Shown: piece by piece, positions 61,069 through 64,000 of the stretch | How positions within the stretch are numbered: the first letter of the stretch is position 1 | How the letters are laid out: every line of letters begins with the position of its first letter | Origin: an uncultured Eubacterium sp. | GTDB lineage: Bacteria > Bacillota > Clostridia > Lachnospirales > Lachnospiraceae | Reading direction: 5' to 3' | NCBI GenBank assembly: GCA_934322085.1 | Contig: CAKRGF010000010.1 | Span: 4,986-68,985, forward strand | DNA length: 64,000 nt | Notes under the pieces: model-generated | What the model was told of the DNA's origin: nothing | What the model saw: only the letters and a program-made list of their open reading frames with translations | Databases searched by the model: none | Program-made: the position numbers and the translations under genes

Positions 61069-62487
61069 GTGAGAGAAGAAATGATTCGATATAGCGAAAC
61101 GCACCACTTGTTTTCACCGGGCGACAAGATTGTCGTAGGGGTGTCGGGTGGCGCTGATTCGGTATGTCTTTTGTATTTATTAAATAGTTTACGGAAAGAA
61201 ATGAAGTTGTCTCTATTTGTTCTGCATGTCAAACACGGCATCCGGGGAGACGATGCCGACCAGGATGCACATTTTGTGAGAGAGCTTGCGGATAAATGGG
61301 AACTTCCGTATTTTGAAGCTTCCGAAGATGTACCGGCGTATGCAAAAAAGTGGGGGATGAGTGAGGAGGAGGCAGGCCGGGTATGCCGCTATGAGCAGTT
61401 TGAAAAATTACGCAGGGAAAAAAATGCGGACTGCATTGCAGTGGCGCACCACAAAGAGGATCAGGCAGAGACATTTTTGTTCCGGCTGATACGTGGGAGT
61501 TCTGCCAGAGGTTTGGCGGCGATGTTACCGAAAAGAGATTTTATTATACGGCCGCTTCTGTTTGCCGAAAAGGGAGACATTCTTGCATTTTTAGAGGAAA
61601 AAAAGATACCGTGGCGGGAGGATGTTACAAATCAGGATACAGTGTATCAGAGAAACTGGATTCGGAAAGAGTTATTACCGCTTTTAAAAGAGAACTTAAA
61701 TCCGGGGGCGGTAGGGCATATTGCAGATGCGGCGGATGACATTGGCAAGTGGCGGGGGTACATCCGTGAGCAGGCAGAGCGTGAGGCAGAACATGTGATT
61801 TTCCATGAGGGAGAAGAAGTTCTGTTAAGGCGGGATGCGTGCCGGGGGCTTCCGGAGGTTTTGCAAAAAGAGATTTTATCACTCTTTTTAGAGCAGGGAA
61901 TCTCTGGTGTAAAAGATGTCACGAGAGCGCATTATGAGGCGCTATATGAAAGAATAGCGCACAAAGGAAACGGTACGTTTTCTCTGCCAGACGGCTATTT
62001 TGTTGTCTGTGATTATGAGTATCTGAGGCTTACGAAAAATAAGCCCAAAAAGCAGGAAAACGTTTGTGTGGAATGTGACATGGCATCCGGGAATATAGTG
62101 GAAATGGATGGCGTATATTACCACTTTCATTTTGAGGTGGTGTCACGCGAACAACTGGATTCAGAAATTCCACAAAAAGACTATACGAAATGGTTTGATT
62201 ATGATAAGATAAATAGTAAACTGACGATTCGTAATCCGAGACCGGGAGATTTTTTTGTGCTTGATGAGAAGGGGCATAAAAAGAAATTATCCCGCTACTA
62301 TATGGATGAAAAGATTGCGAAAGAGCGTCGGGACAGGCAGCTTGTACTGGCGGATGGCGCCCATGTGATATGGGCAATTCCGCATCGGATCAGTGCAGCC
62401 TGTAAAATAAATCAAAATACAAAATTTGTTTTGGTTGTGACCAAAGAAAGGATACGTCATGAAGGAAGAAATCAAGGTCTTGATTAA
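61069..62487 (+). CDS. tilS: tRNA(Ile)-lysidine synthetase
   Basis: It has the PP-loop VGVSGGADS. GTG 61069 has a ggagga RBS; the ORF-track TTG at 61021 is an alternative start. Confidence 0.9.
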   Translation: MREEMIRYSETHHLFSPGDKIVVGVSGGADSVCLLYLLNSLRKEMKLSLFVLHVKHGIRGDDADQDAHFVRELADKWELPYFEASEDVPAYAKKWGMSEEEAGRVCRYEQFEKLRREKNADCIAVAHHKEDQAETFLFRLIRGSSARGLAAMLPKRDFIIRPLLFAEKGDILAFLEEKKIPWREDVTNQDTVYQRNWIRKELLPLLKENLNPGAVGHIADAADDIGKWRGYIREQAEREAEHVIFHEGEEVLLRRDACRGLPEVLQKEILSLFLEQGISGVKDVTRAHYEALYERIAHKGNGTFSLPDGYFVVCDYEYLRLTKNKPKKQENVCVECDMASGNIVEMDGVYYHFHFEVVSREQLDSEIPQKDYTKWFDYDKINSKLTIRNPRPGDFFVLDEKGHKKKLSRYYMDEKIAKERRDRQLVLADGAHVIWAIPHRISAACKINQNTKFVLVVTKERIRHEGRNQGLD

Positions 62488-62989
62488 AGAAGAAGAAATT
62501 GTAGCAAGAGTGAAGGAACTTGCTGAGCAGATTAACCGTGATTACGAAGGAAAAACACTTCATTTGATTTGCATTTTGAAGGGAAGTGTATTTTTTACCT
62601 GCGAACTGGCAAAATATATTACAGTGCCGGTTACGATTGATTTTATGAGTGTATCAAGTTATGGAAATGGTATGACCAGCAGCGGAAGCATTACGATTAG
62701 TCAGGATTTGATTATGAGTTTGGAAAACCGAGAAGTGCTGATTATTGAAGATATTGTGGACAGCGGACGCACACTTTCGTATCTTGCCCATATGTTAGGA
62801 AAGCGCGGACCGAAAAGTTTACGCATTTGTACGCTTCTTGACAAACCGGCATGCCGTGTGTCAGAAGTGGATGTAGCGTATACCGGTTTTGAGATTGATG
62901 ATTTATTTGTGGTTGGATTTGGACTTGATTATGCCCAGAAATACCGCAATCTGCCTTATATCGGAGAGCTGAAAATAAAGGAGGATTAA
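62459..62989 (+). CDS. hpt: hypoxanthine phosphoribosyltransferase
   Basis: 176 aa; PRPP-binding motif [14 protein letters not shown]. Confidence 0.92.
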   Translation: MKEEIKVLIKEEEIVARVKELAEQINRDYEGKTLHLICILKGSVFFTCELAKYITVPVTIDFMSVSSYGNGMTSSGSITISQDLIMSLENREVLIIEDIVDSGRTLSYLAHMLGKRGPKSLRICTLLDKPACRVSEVDVAYTGFEIDDLFVVGFGLDYAQKYRNLPYIGELKIKED

Positions 62990-62993
62990 TCCG

Positions 62994-64000
62994 ATGAGAA
63001 AATGGAAAGGTTATGGCTTTTTTGTCGTGATGGCGGCGATAATTTTAATTGCCATGATTTCGAGTGATTTTATGTCCGGATGGACAGAGGAGAATTATAC
63101 TTATACACAGTTTAAGGACGATTTATCGAATCATAAAATACAGTCTGTTGTGGTGGGACAAAATGAGCAGGTTCCGACCGGTGAAATCCGTGTGACGATG
63201 AAAGACAGCAAGAAACATTCTTTCTATGCACCGGATGTCAATGTGGTTACGGATAAATTAGACGATGCTCATTTCACAAACGTAGTTGTATCGGATGTTG
63301 AGACAACACCGTGGTATTTAGAGATTCTGCCATATGCGATTGGATTTGTCTTGATTTTCATTTTGTTTACGATGATGACGAGCCAGGCGCAGGGCGGAGG
63401 CGGCGGAAATGCCAAAATGATGAATTTTGGAAAGAGCCGTGCGAAAATGACCGCACCGGATGAAAAATCAAAGACATTTGCGGATGTTGCCGGTCTGGTT
63501 GAAGAGAAAGAACAGTTAGAGGAAATTGTAGACTTTTTGGAAGCACCGCAGAAATATACGAATTTAGGTGCGAGAATCCCAAAAGGTGTAATTATGGTAG
63601 GCCCTCCGGGAACCGGTAAAACCCTGCTTGCCAAAGCAGTTGCCGGTGAAGCGGGTGTTCCGTTCTTTAGTATTTCCGGATCTGATTTTGTGGAAATGTT
63701 TGTCGGTGTCGGTGCTTCCCGTGTCCGTGACTTGTTTGCGGAAGCAAAGAAAAATGCACCGTGTATTGTTTTTATTGATGAGATTGATGCCGTGGCAAGA
63801 AGACGAGGAAGCGGTCTTGGCGGCGGACATGACGAGCGTGAGCAGACATTGAACCAGATGCTTGTTGAGATGGATGGTTTTGGAATTAATGAGGGAATAA
63901 TCGTGATGGCGGCAACCAACCGTGTAGATATTCTCGACCCGGCAATTCTCAGACCGGGACGTTTTGACCGAAGAATCCACGTGGGTCTTCCGGATGTGAG
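62994..64000 (+). CDS. ftsH: ATP-dependent zinc metalloprotease FtsH (5' part; continues beyond the window)
   Basis: This open frame from ATG 62994 is not in the ORF track because it has no stop in the window. It has an N-terminal TM helix, Walker [24 protein letters not shown], Walker [10 protein letters not shown] and the SRH ...[20 protein letters not shown]. Confidence 0.93.
   Translation, partial: MRKWKGYGFFVVMAAIILIAMISSDFMSGWTEENYTYTQFKDDLSNHKIQSVVVGQNEQVPTGEIRVTMKDSKKHSFYAPDVNVVTDKLDDAHFTNVVVSDVETTPWYLEILPYAIGFVLIFILFTMMTSQAQGGGGGNAKMMNFGKSRAKMTAPDEKSKTFADVAGLVEEKEQLEEIVDFLEAPQKYTNLGARIPKGVIMVGPPGTGKTLLAKAVAGEAGVPFFSISGSDFVEMFVGVGASRVRDLFAEAKKNAPCIVFIDEIDAVARRRGSGLGGGHDEREQTLNQMLVEMDGFGINEGIIVMAATNRVDILDPAILRPGRFDRRIHVGLPDV

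Noticed and set aside
63269-63980. Long minus-strand ORFs (216 aa and 138 aa) at the end of the window
   Set aside because: They are antisense to an unmistakable FtsH reading frame (Walker A/B and SRH motifs on the plus strand). Their translations are low-complexity, so they are shadow ORFs.
1-64000. Prophage, IS element, integrase/transposase or restriction-modification genes
   Set aside because: I looked through all listed ORFs of 60 aa or more on both strands. None shows DDE, tyrosine or serine recombinase, terminase or capsid-like motifs. The only mobility hints are the non-coding repeats reported above.

Overview
This is a 64-kb chromosomal window from a spore-forming Firmicute, Clostridia-type and possibly Lachnospiraceae-like. 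All family calls were made by eye from motifs in the supplied translations, with no searches run. Hand-counted coordinates of hairpins and promoters may be off by about 2 nt. Two blocks are syntenic with the origin-proximal B. subtilis chromosome. Block (i), 3.6-13.0 kb, carries a yaaO-like decarboxylase, a kinase, yaaR, holB, yaaT/ricT, yabB and rsmI, then a convergent abrB. Block (ii), 56.1-64.0 kb, carries spoVT, hup, yabO, yabP, yabQ, divIC, spoIIE, tilS, hpt and ftsH, which runs off the end. tadA followed by a large Bacillus-type SRP RNA lies at 43.7-44.6 kb. Between these blocks lie accessory and metabolic genes:
- a compact type-IV-filament-like operon (transglutaminase-like protein, GspF-like platform, four small membrane proteins, PilT-type ATPase);
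- a LytTR two-component operon with an embedded surface protein;
- a C11 peptidase, an O-antigen-ligase-like protein and a NYN protein;
- nfnAB;
- an acyl-CoA synthetase plus KAS II pair;
- spmAB;
- a zeta-toxin-like module;
- a Hol-Tox-like type I toxin candidate with a convergent antisense sRNA candidate;
- bioY, trpS, a GH10 xylanase and murA;
- a MoxR/DUF58/transglutaminase trio running straight into an AbiEi-like gene coupled to a RelQ-type small alarmone synthetase.

No transposase, integrase, CRISPR array, tRNA or rRNA was seen. The most unusual signals are:
1. Two 250-bp direct repeats, each a phased array of five GTTGAC-N25-GTCAAC units, bracketing a 2.4-kb island between rsmI and abrB.
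2. A family of 120-200-bp near-perfect palindromes filling several intergenic regions.
3. The AbiEi-like/SAS gene pair.
4. The non-canonical filament operon.
5. A coupled pair of large uncharacterised proteins placed where dnaX would be expected after the SRP RNA.
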